The notes under the pieces: generated by a model
Told to the model about the DNA's origin: nothing
The model's database searches: none
The model's input: only the letters and a program-made list of their open reading frames with translations
Shown: one piece after another, positions 10,739-24,514 of the stretch
Position numbering within the stretch: the stretch's first letter is position 1
Layout of the letters: each line of letters begins with the position of its first letter
Source: Eledone cirrhosa
Taxonomy: Eukaryota
NCBI GenBank assembly: GCA_964016885.1
Contig: OZ024740.1
Location: 205,406,001-205,470,000, forward strand
Length of the DNA: 64,000 nucleotides
Direction: 5' to 3'
Made by a program: the position numbers and the translations under genes

Positions 10739-13539
10739 CTGAAATAGATTAAAAGAAAAAATATTAACTGAAATTTCACGTTGAACCCTTTCATTACCAT
10801 ATTTCTAATGAAAGGGTCATGATTTTAATTATTCAGTGAAATTCCGTTATAATGAAATTCATGATGTATAAAAAAGAATTTGTAGTAATGAAAAATTCTT
10901 TATAATGAGATTGAAACAAATTGAGCGTTTGTTTGTTATTGGGACTGATTCAATAACAAACTGGTGTCTGGAACATTATTTAAAGATTTTTAAATACAAT
11001 TATGACAGAAGGTTTTTAGATAGATATAAACACTTTATAACAAACAGTTTTGTCTCATTTAACTAAAGACAGTTTGGTATGAAAAGGTTTAATTAGCCAG
11101 ATAAGAGGACGGCTATTAACATATATACTGTTTTACTGATGAAAGAAAGAATATTGGGTTTCTTCACCAAACTTTTACAAAGCTGTTTGTGGATTGCATA
11201 CACACATATATATATATATATATAAATAAAAACTAGAGAACCACTTGATCACCTATAGCTCAGGTGAGCACACTAGCCAAATAAATGTTATCTTCACCAA
11301 CAAGATAGAGTGATGGTTGTAAACACAAACTCACTGCCTGGTGAGGAATGCACATCCCAACAACAGAATTATAAAAGCTGAAATTGCACATTTAAATCTC
11401 TCAAAGTAGATAACATAGGATTGCGATCTCTGGTGTTATGTTGTAGTGCAGAAGACCTGCCTTCTGCACAGGATAGAGCAAACATCTAGAAGACACTAGT
11501 CTGCACCAATCTTCTCCCCTACCCCATCCCCAATTCACCCTTCTCAGTCATAGAGCCCCTCTTTCTCTCCAGCTACATATCCTACTCACCTCGTCCATGT
11601 CCAACTTACATACATGTTCCCCCTGACCCTTACCTGCCTCACTCCTGATACACCTCTCCGGTCCAACCCATGCATACAAGCTTGGAAAACTAGACATGCT
11701 CCACATCTGATCTCCCACAACAAAAAAAAGCACTAAATCCACCCTGTATGGTGATCTGGCACCACTAAAAATAAAAGCATCCTGTAAGGTAGCTGTGCTG
11801 GAGACACAAGGAAAAAGCACCCAGTCTACCCTGTTAGATGATCATTTTGGTGCCACAATAAAAATCATGCAATCCACACTGTAATGTGGTTAGCGTTAGG
11901 AAAAGGGCATCCAGCTGTAGAAACCTAGCCAAAATACAGAGCAAGACATGGTCACTTAACCAGACTTGTTTCACAATGTGACAACTCGTCTAACTAATGC
12001 AAGTGTGGAAAAATGGACATTAAACAATAAATTAAAAATTAGAATACACAGCCCCCTCCCCAGTTTTACATATCAAAGTTAGCTTGGCGGAAGTAAATGG
12101 AATTGAAAAGTTATACATTCGGGTATTAAATTCAAAAATTCTAACCACCCTAAAACTAAAAAGCCCAGCTGAGGGCACAAATAAATTGGTACGGCCGTCG
12201 CTAGTAGGGTCCCCCACCGCAGGGGGCGCCTCCCATTAAATCCAGCCCTGGATGCACACAACTAATAATATGTGAAGAGGAACAGCAACTATTGTCCTCA
12301 GATCGTGTCCAACTTGCTAGCTGCTACTGTGACCACTGCTAGAATCTACAGGTGAGAGTGCAATATGTCCTGGCATATTGCACTCCATCCCATCTCCGAC
12401 TGCCAGAGTGTGCAGTATGGTCATTAGTTTAGTGGGAGCATGGTATAACTGGAAAAACAGATTTGAGTGTCACACCTGGTTGTATGGTTATCTGTGCATC
12501 ATAGACCTGAGTGATAAAAGCTGATCTGAGACTGAACAACAACAGTTGTCATCAGCATTTTTATGTCTACCTTTCCATGCTTGTATAGGTTGGATGAGTC
12601 TTCTACAGTTCAGCTTCTCTCAACCAACTGCGTTCTCTTGTCATTTCCTCTGTGAAGTTCAGTGTCCTAAGATCAGTTCTCATCCCTTCTGTCCAAGCCT
12701 TCCTCTTCTACAGTTACCTTTTACTTGGAGCTCCTATCACTTCTTCATCCAATGATCATCATCCTTACCATACACATGTCTGTACCAGCACAATCTTCTC
12801 TTTTGTACAGTGTATCTGATACCTCTTATGTCCCATTTTAGTATCATATAGATATGTTTACTAATGGATTCATGACATACACAACAATTGGAATTGTAGT
12901 AATATGTAGTGTCAAAAGCCAAATAAAAAAACATTAGATTTCATAGCAAGAGACACAAATTTATATCAAATTAGCACTCTATAATTGTAAGGTAGTGGTA
13001 CCTGTGCCATGACAAAAAACACTCAGTTCCCTCTGTAAGGTAGTAGTGCTGGTGTCACGAAAAACACTCACTACATGCTGTAAAGTGGTTGGTATTAGGA
13101 AGAGCATGAAGCCAAAGAAAACAAACTCCAAAATGGAGAGTATGAGCAAGATGTGGTCACCTAATGTAACAGCTCATCTAAGCCATGCAAACGTGGAAAA
13201 TAGATGTTATACAGTGATGATTATATATGTATATTGTTTGTCAACATTCAAATGGGCTCATAGCGGACATTTAAAGCAGTTGATTTTGAACATTTTATTG
13301 CTAATATTGTTTGAAATGTGTACTGTTTTTCAATGTTCAAACGTGCTTATAGTAGACATTTAATGAGTTGATTTCAGAGATTTGATGTAGCTGACTTCTC
13401 AATATCCTGCTCTATCGCCCCATCCACAAACCCCAACTCAATTGGAGAAGTCATTTTATGTTTAAAATGTATGAGATGCGACAGAGCACATCCTCTTATT
13501 TTTAAGACATACCACAAAACAAAATAGAACACACCACCC

Positions 13540-13760
13540 ATGCCCTCCCACCCTTCGTCCCATTAAGTCCTGAACTTCAAGTGTCAATGTTGGCACGATG
13601 AATGGAAGGGCTTGAACCAGATTCCTAACAGGCAAGAACGTTTATACAAGTTCTTCTGGATGGGTAGCAGTGTCGGAGTAGATGGGGGTAGACATGCTGC
13701 TGGTTGAAAAATGGGTGGATAAAGTGATCCAGGTTCAATGGGTCACGACTAACTTTGTGG
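13540..13760 (+). mobile_element. Old RTE AP-endonuclease N-terminal relic
   Basis: Broken frames read NVGTMNGR, FFWMGSS and LVEKWVDKVIQV; compare [13 protein letters not shown] at ~31026. Confidence 0.6.
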
Positions 13761-14643
13761 GGGATGAGGGGGGTGGAAAGACTATCAGAGTTTCGCAGAT
13801 CTATACCCTCCTTGAATCTTAGAGGTCAGATTAGTTGATAGCACACAAATAAACGGGGAAAAAATGTTTTTACAATGAAATCGAATGGGGTTTTCTTCTA
13901 TAATAATACCATTTTTAAAGAGGATGACGCAGCACACAGGGATATCATAAAATGTCTTGTAAGATTACGCCACTAATAACATTGGAACGTTGATAGACTT
14001 CTAAAAGATTTACTAAGGGAACATTAATATAAAACGGTGTCGGAGGGGCCATAACTGAAAAAATCCTACCCTGATAGTCGGTCGTACGATTTTAGAAATA
14101 ACAGTTAAACTCCCTCTAAAGTAAAGATATGACATGCCTGTATTCATAGGTTTGTTGAATCAAGGCTGACTTCACTAAGGAACAACCTATCGCTACGTTA
14201 AACTAACCGGTATCACAGGCAAGACATCTCGTTTGAAGAAAACGATTCAATGGGTTCATATCGCATGCTCCTCATAATATATATATATAAAACTACGAGT
14301 TGACAAGGGAACCCTAATGCGGCGCATACACACTGAGATATTCCCATTTTCTTCAAACGAGATCTATTTCTGTACTCTAATACGATTCAGCAATTAAGAC
14401 ACGTTTGTGTTTGTCACGGTAAGAAAGCAAGAACGATACAGATGATTACCAGAAGAAAATATAAAAAGAAATATAGTTAGTAGAGTATCTGTCAGCGAGG
14501 TATGGTTACGTACTATTACGTGGAGAGTGATATTAACATGATGGGCCATGCCCGTTATCTACATAGGTTAAAGCATGTTATAGTGTTTATGTGGAGTTAC
14601 GCTTTCATACAATTTTAAAAACATTTTTTTCTGCTATACTTAC

Positions 14644-14720
14644 ATTCCAGAACATCTGTACACTATTACATATGGCACGTATGCCAATGCAACACAATTT
14701 CCGAAGTGAAATAATGTCAT
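14644..14720 (-). CDS. TMEM147: TMEM147 coding exon 1 (77 bp, ATG at 14720)
   Basis: [25 protein letters not shown] then AT|gtaagt, matching the TMEM147 N-terminus MTLFHFGNC. Exons 77+136+137+85+122 join in one open frame. Confidence 0.97.
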
Positions 14721-15294
14721 AATTTGAAGCCGATCTATTCTAGCAAGTGAACAACGAAACGGTGTAAACTAAAAGAAGTTAACACGTATTTTTTAGGTGT
14801 GTGTATTTATGTATATATATATATAAATTTCTCGGCAACTCTTATAAAACTAATGGACTCTACAGGAAAAAAAGATATATATAAAGCAATTTAATTAATA
14901 ATCAGATAAATGATTTATCAATTTGATATCAAATACTAACTTGAATACTGTTTGCACGTATTTTCAGTAAAACGTTTAAAAGTAGAACACATGTACTTAC
15001 GTATGATTCAATTTCTTAAACTATTTAATATTTAAAAACTATATTTCCAAAATTTTCAAACCGTGTTGTTAAAAAGACATTACATTATTTTTTTTATTTC
15101 ATATTAAAAAAAAAAGTTCCTGCTATAACGTAAACTATTTTATGCATTTATTTCTTACATAGTTACCGTTTCCAAGGAAAACAATCTTCCTTAAGCTTAG
15201 TTGAATGCAACACGAAAAATAGATGAGATGTCCAGACAATTCAATGCTAATCAGGTAATAAACTATTTTCTCATCTGTCTGTCGCTTGCTTTTA

Positions 15295-15356
<62 letters not shown>

Positions 15357-15357
<1 letters not shown>

Positions 15358-16743
15358 GTGATAGAGGGACTCAAATTTATCTTGGAGAACAATTACTTCG
15401 TTTTCAATAACAAACCCTACAGGCAGAAATCTGGGACCGCTATGGGAACTAAAACAGCCCCACTTATGCCAACCTAGTCATGGGATACCTGGAAATCACC
15501 CTCTACACTAAAATCCTAAACAAATTTGGAAACACTCTCCACTTACACATAGAAAGGAACTGGAAGCGATATCTAGATGACTGCTTCATCCTTTGGCACG
15601 AAAACATCGAAAAACTTAAAGAATTTCACACCCTTATAAATGGGCTCAACACGAATATTAACTTCACGATGGAATACAGCCATCAACAACTCCCCTTCCC
15701 CGACATCCTCATTAAGATCCATAACAAAAAAATAGAAACAGACATATACTACAAGCCCACAGACTCCAAGCAATATCTTCCTTTCAACTCTTGCCACCCT
15801 AGACACGTTAAAATTAATATTCCCTACAACTTAGCCAAGAGAATCTGTACTATAGTCTCCAATAAAAACACCTGCTACTTACGGCTACAAGAACTAAAGG
15901 ACACACTCATAGGCAGGGACTACCCTGCATCACTAATTGACAATGGATTCCAACGTGCCCAAAAACTCAGTACCCAGGACCTTAGACACCCTAAAGTAAA
16001 TCAACTGAAACTAAAAGCTCTTCCATACATCTCCACACACAACCCCCTCAACAATGAGGCCTTTGACACCATCCTCCAGAACATCCCTGTGTTGAAAAAG
16101 GACCATAGAATGAACCAAATCCTACGAACACACGATATCATAAAGAGCAAAAGACAATCTAAGTCAATGAAAAACATCCTAACACATGCCAAAGTACTGC
16201 CAACCACAACAACTAAACCCACAGTAAGAGAATGCGATAGACCCAACTGTGGCATATGCATCAACCTAATAGAGGGTTCGGAATTAATATTTCAAAGAAG
16301 GACAACGTTTTATAGTAAAACACAATTTCACATGTGCATTGGAAAATGTAATATATGTATTAACTTGCTCAGGTTGTCGAGAACAATACATAGGCCGGAC
16401 CAAAAACAGCCTCCGCCAATGCATGACTGTCCATAGATCCCAAATTAAAATACGGGAATACTGGAAAATACCACTGAGTGAACACATTGATACCTGTGCC
16501 GCCCCAAATCATCCCAACTTCAGAATCTTTCCCCTCTACAAATTTAAAGATAATGCCACCCACACCCAGCGCATCAGCAAGGAATCTTACTTCATTAACA
16601 AATACGGACCCCGTCTAAACACTTCTCCCTAAGACGAACCCACAACATACACACGTCAACATACATACCTACATCAGCACACATCTCTACCCACATATAA
16701 ACACAATGACATACGTAAACACACATGTTCTATGGTGCAACAC

Positions 16744-16782
<39 letters not shown>

Positions 16783-17632
16783 ATATGTGTATGTATATAT
16801 ATATAGTGAATATCATTTCACACCTTTTATTGTTAAGGTTTTTGATGTTCTATTGAGAGAATCGTTTTTACTGAAAATATCGAATAATGTACACCATTTT
16901 ACCAGGGAAAAAAATACTGGTCCACCCACCCACACACACACACACACATATATACACACACACATACACACGCGTACATTAACATACAAAGAGACTTATA
17001 CACACACACACACACTTCTCTGTATAAGACAAGAGCTGAAAAATATCTTTTAACATGTTAAAATATCCCTCACTCACTTACAGACACATTCCTACTGACC
17101 ATCCCTCTACCACGAATTACTCTGCTACACACACACACACACACTTGTCTTAATAGGCATTTGAACTGTCAACAGGCTGCGGTTCGCACACACATCCCTG
17201 CTAACCATTATCACAACAACGAACACTTTACTACTACTACACACACACACACACATATTTGTTGTGAAAGAGTCATTTCTCAGTCTTGGCGCAAAATCAA
17301 TTTTTTACATTCACATGACCTCTACTGACCAATCAAAATTGTTTTGACCACAAGAATTTTTGCAACACGAATTGGCGCAAAAAATAATTTTAATAGCGCT
17401 GGAGCCATTTTTTTAACATAAAAACAGGTAGAATTCCCAAAACTAATCAGATCAGAGCAAACATCACGGACGCTCTATCTCAAAATTATTTTTGAAAAGC
17501 ATTTAGAAATGCGCAACCGGTAAAACTTAAAACCAAAACTGAATACTAACCAATACAATTACTAATTCTCATTTATTCCTAATTAAACTATTTTTCACTG
17601 TGAACAATTTGTCAGCATTTTCTATTCCGTTT
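15357..17632 (+). mobile_element. Penelope-like element (RT + GIY-YIG endonuclease), 5'-truncated and frameshifted, with 3'UTR
   Basis: YRQKSGTAMGTKTAP, WKRYLDDCF, TDIYYKPTD, SCHPRHVKINIPY, then VIYVLTCSGCREQYIGRT..ESYFINKYGPRLN (stop at 16632). Flanked by (TA)n. Confidence 0.93.
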
Positions 17633-17656
17633 ACCAATATATATATATATATATAT

Positions 17657-18301
17657 TGTATTGTTTACTCGAGAGAAGGCTACGTTGGTATGGACACGTG
17701 ATGCGCATGAAAGTCGATAGCTGTATAACAAAGTGCAGGGCAATAAAGATAGACGGTAGCCACGGAATAGGCAGACCTAGAAAAACCTGGGACGAGCTGA
17801 TAAACTCCGACCTCACACACTTACACCTCTCCAAGACAATGTCACTGGACCGAGACCTTTGGCGGTACTCAGTAACAGAGAAGACCCGCCTTACCTAAAT
17901 ACATAGTAAAACCTACTACAGCCAGTAGGCATCTCTAACAAAATACCCCCCGTCCCACCCCCACCACCCCCACCCCATCCACACCACCCCGTTCTATGTA
18001 AAGTTATGTTGGTGCCACAACATCCAGGCCGAAACAAATGAGATCGTGTAGGTGTCACGACAAAAAAAAACACAGTCCACGCTGTAATGTGGCCATGTAG
18101 GCAACACGGTAAAAACCTCCCAGACCCACACTGTAAATGTGGTTGGTGTTAGGAAGGGCATCCAGCTGTAGAAAACCTGCCAGACAGTCCTATGCGAGCA
18201 AGACAATCACTCTTGCCTCAAGTGGGACTACCCCCGTCCAAACCCATGCAAGCGTGGAACACGGACGTTACACGTTGATGATGATGATGATGATGATGAT
18301 G
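17657..18301 (+). mobile_element. RTE LINE 3' fragment with (GAT)n tail
   Basis: LLERRLRWYGHVMRM...EKTRLT* plus a 3'UTR near-identical to 33868-34226. Confidence 0.95.
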
Positions 18302-19359
18302 TATATATACAGAGCCCCCAAGAGAAATTTTGCAAGACAGTAACAAGACCCCTTTGGGGCATGAAGCAGGCAAAGGTTTTTCTCAAAATGAATGTTGCAT
18401 GGTTGTTGTGGGGCCTTCTTAGCTCTTGGGCCCCAGAACAAAGTACCGGCTCCCCCCGCCTCTCATAGGCCCTGCATATATATATATCAAGGCCATCATC
18501 ACCATTTAACGTCCATTTTTCCATGCTAGCATGGGTTGAGAAATAAGCCAGGTCAGATGGCCAGGCTTATACAGAACTGATTTTGGCTCGGTTTCTACGG
18601 CTGGATGCCCTTCTTAACCACATGTAATGGATACGTATTCTTTGTATGGTAGTTTGATGAAAAGAATAATGCCAGGATTGTGTTGTTAACAATGTTTATT
18701 TTATAATAACAATATTCGATTTGAACATCGGATAATAAAATTTATGACATGAAAATATCAGTACATTAAATTATTAGCTGCTACAAGCTACCGTGAATGC
18801 ATGTATCAGAGAAGACAATGATGTAAAATTTGTGTTGTGTCTTGCAGATACAATATGACAGGAAGAATAGGATGAGAGTATAATGCAAACAATATGAACT
18901 TACTATGTGTGTGTGCCTATTAGATTAGATTATTCTCATAGTAGTAGTGGTCAATCTGTCAGGCAGGCATGGCTGGCTGGCTGTCTGGCTGTGTCGTTTG
19001 TCGAGAAGGTAGAAGCCAGTAAGGGCCAGGACAGAGAAAGGGTAAACAGTCTACTGATGCCTACATCGCTTATCGCTTGCTGACTGCCGCTTTGAGTCTG
19101 TTCCTTGGGTTCCTTAACTCCTTGTATTTATAATAAGTGCTAAAGTTAGAAGGATGGATATATGAGGTTGATTTATGATCAGCCCTGTGGTTATCGTCTC
19201 CCAAGAAGTTGGGTCACAGGTCAAGTGGAATGTACATTTATCATCGTTGTTTTGACAAGACAATGGTGAGAACTTCCAATGATAGATTGTCCCAGAGGCG
19301 AGAAAGCTCAGATTCGGTTTCGAATCTTCGCCGGTAAAACATAGGAGTATTCCATTATA

Positions 19360-19915
19360 CACATTTACAGTGTGTGCTGGGTGATTTTTGTTGTGTCACC
19401 TACACAACCACTTTACAGTTTTGGCTAGGGATTTTGGTAGCGGAGGTGGGTATAGGGGTATGTGTAAGTGGCTGAGTGTTAAGAGATGGGTGGGGGTGTC
19501 AGGATGTGGGAGGTGTATGGAAGGGGAGATGGAGTTGAAGTTGGTGCATACAAGATGTATGGTTCAACCTGTGCTCATGGGAAGGCGGGTTTTCTATATT
19601 ACTGTATAACGCCAGAGATCCTGGTCCTGTGTCATCGCCTTTGCGAGGTGCAATTGTACATGGTCAGTTTTTATCACCTCATCCCGAGTCTTCCTGGGTC
19701 TTCCTACTCCATAGCTTCCATCAACTTTGAGAGCTGTGCACCTTTTTATAAGCTGTCATTCTATCTCGTCCTCTGGTAAGGATAACATTTCTGACTAGCA
19801 TGTTCACCAGATCTATAGGTGATTAGGTGGTTGTTGGGTTTTTTGAAGTTGTGTTACATATTGATAGATCATTGGCATCACAGAATCTAGGAGCCTGACA
19901 CCTTCATTTCTTGGA
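19360..19915 (-). mobile_element. Internally deleted, degraded RTE (APE piece fused to 3' end)
   Basis: Minus strand has [25 protein letters not shown] (19770-19910) joined to a GRPRKTRDEVIK-like 3' end. Confidence 0.7.
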
Positions 19916-20206
19916 GTGAACAGTTAAATGTAAAATTGTTTTCTACAATCACCTTGTGTTAATCAAAGCATTGTTAATGAAATTTAGTAAAGAGAAACTG
20001 TGTGGAAACCTGTTGGAAAAACTGTCCTTGATCTTGGGTGGTAGACTTAATTTGTCACCCAGTTTAGCACCACAATCTGATCTTTCTGTGTCTCTACCCC
20101 ATTCTGAGCATTTGAACCAAATCCTCTGTCTGAAGATAACTTCCTTCCTTCCTCCCACCAATCTTGGAGGTCTTGAAAAGGCTCATGAATTCTGATCTTC
20201 TGTCTT

Positions 20207-20406
20207 NNNNNNNNNNNNNNNNNNNNNNNNNNNNNNNNNNNNNNNNNNNNNNNNNNNNNNNNNNNNNNNNNNNNNNNNNNNNNNNNNNNNNNNNNNNNNN
20301 NNNNNNNNNNNNNNNNNNNNNNNNNNNNNNNNNNNNNNNNNNNNNNNNNNNNNNNNNNNNNNNNNNNNNNNNNNNNNNNNNNNNNNNNNNNNNNNNNNNN
20401 NNNNNN
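20207..20406. other. Assembly gap (200 N)
   Basis: Run of 200 n. Confidence 1.
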
Positions 20407-22060
<1,654 letters not shown>

Positions 22061-22669
22061 TGGTGGCTGCCAACTCGTTTTCGAGTATGGCCACTACTTT
22101 ATATCCATGTAGGAGAACCCCTACCGATGCGCTGAACGAGTGTGACTTTTTAGTCCAGCCAGCGACTTGAAAACTCTGGTACAAACACTACACTTGTGAC
22201 AATTACTGACACATAGTGCTGGGCCCATGGTACCATGTGACGACAAGTGCAGAGAGATCTCCAGATATAAAGCAATGCCTGTGCCGTGAAGCTTTTATAG
22301 TGAGCAAAGGCACTGCACAAAGCCAGTCCCACTCTCTTAACCAAGATGATATTTACCAAAAAGAAGAACAAGTCAACATCATTGGATACCATCAGGGTTG
22401 CAGGTGTTATATCAGAGTTTTCCTTCTCCTAGAATTCTGCCTTGACAAAGGCTAAGGGGTCATCTCTCCCGGTGATTTTGGATGGCCATTGACTCTTAAG
22501 AGCTCCTTTGCCCTTTGACAGGTTTTGTTTTTAGTCCTGCAGGATGTCCAAAGTCACCCTCCTCACCAAGAAACCTTGGTGGGGTTGCCAGTTTAGTCGC
22601 CAACGACCCGACCATGGGACAGGTTGTACTGGGATACATGTTACCAGTAGCACCAACTGGTGACCTGAC
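22061..22669 (-). mobile_element. Short bipartite non-autonomous RTE derivative, copy 1
   Basis: RTE-type 5'UTR motif ggagaaggaaaactctg is joined to a 3' end with a C2H2-like relic; highly similar to 27973-28571 and embedded in TA repeats. Confidence 0.75.
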
Positions 22670-22707
22670 ATATACATATATACATACATATATACATACA
22701 TACATAT

Positions 22708-22738
<31 letters not shown>

Positions 22739-22856
22739 CATACATACATATATACATAGATAATATATATATACATACATAATATATATATATACATACA
22801 TAATATATATATATACATACGTAATATATATATATACATACATATATATATACACA

Positions 22857-22888
<32 letters not shown>

Positions 22889-23108
22889 AAGGAATGATCG
22901 ACTTTCGTCAAATCGGACCGAGGGAACAATGTTTCCGTTGGTCTTTCCAATTGCTAATACTATCTATCGGTCGCAACTCCAGGTAGAAGGAGCAACGTGA
23001 AATAAAGTGTCTTGCTCAAGGACATAACGCATCGCCTGGTCCAGGAATCGAACTCACAACCTTACGATTGCGAATACAATTCTCTAACCACTCAGCCACA
23101 CGCCTTCA
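22889..23108 (-). mobile_element. tRNA-derived SINE
   Basis: Minus strand has the A-box tggctgagtggttagag, the B-box gagttcgattcc and tgtccttgagcaagacacttt. Confidence 0.8.
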
Positions 23109-23418
23109 CACATATATATATACATATACACACATACATATATATATACATACACATATATATATACATACACATATATATATATACATACACATATATA
23201 CATATATATATATACACATATATATATATATATACACATACATATATATATATACACATACATATATATATACATACATATATATACACATACATATATA
23301 TATACATACATATATATACACACATATATATATACATATAGATATATATACATACATACATATACATATACACATATACACATACATATATATATACATA
23401 TATATATATATACATACA

Positions 23419-23504
<86 letters not shown>

Positions 23505-23637
23505 GATATACATATATATATACATATACATATATACATATATACATACATATACATATATACATACATATACATATATACATACATGTACATATACATA
23601 CATGTACATATACATACATGTACATATATATATATAT

Positions 23638-23694
<57 letters not shown>

Positions 23695-23717
23695 CATATA
23701 TACATATATATATATAT

Positions 23718-23766
<49 letters not shown>

Positions 23767-23789
23767 CATATATACATATATATATATAT

Positions 23790-24098
<309 letters not shown>

Positions 24099-24104
24099 CA
24101 TATA

Positions 24105-24278
24105 CTTACGTTATTCCGGGTTGAATCGGAGGTAACCACAGTAAGTAAGGTACTCAATACATTGCAGAGTATAAAAGTTTTAATATAGATGAGATACTAC
24201 AGGACTAGAACTGTTTCATTCTGATGATTTCTAAAGAATGAAACAGTTCTAGTCCTGTAGAATCTCTATATTAAAACT
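24105..24278. mobile_element. Miniature fold-back insert with hammerhead core
   Basis: Inverted arms 24176-24222 and 24235-24278 (26 bp perfect core). CTGATGA is at 24221 and GAAA at 24240; a ~70-nt one-sided tail; TA flanks. Confidence 0.65.
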
Positions 24279-24514
24279 ATATATATACATATACAATAAT
24301 ATACATACATATATATATACATACATATATATACATATACATATATAGATATACATATATATATATATACATATACATATATATATATATATACATATAC
24401 ATACATATATATAGATATACATATATATAGATATACATATACATACATATATATAGATATACATATATATAGATATACATATATATAGATATATATAGAT
24501 ATACATATACATAG

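Noticed and set aside
16633-17632. Expected hammerhead in the 3' region of the first PLE
   Set aside because: No CUGANGA...GAAA arrangement found by eye; the region may be truncated.
18305-18475. Possible MITE (cagagccc...ggccctg ends); similar GC-rich patch at 12160-12250
   Set aside because: Terminal repeats too short and degenerate, and single-copy here.
20207-20406. Continuity across the N-run
   Set aside because: A round 200-N scaffold gap; distance and adjacency between the left 20 kb and the remainder are not guaranteed.
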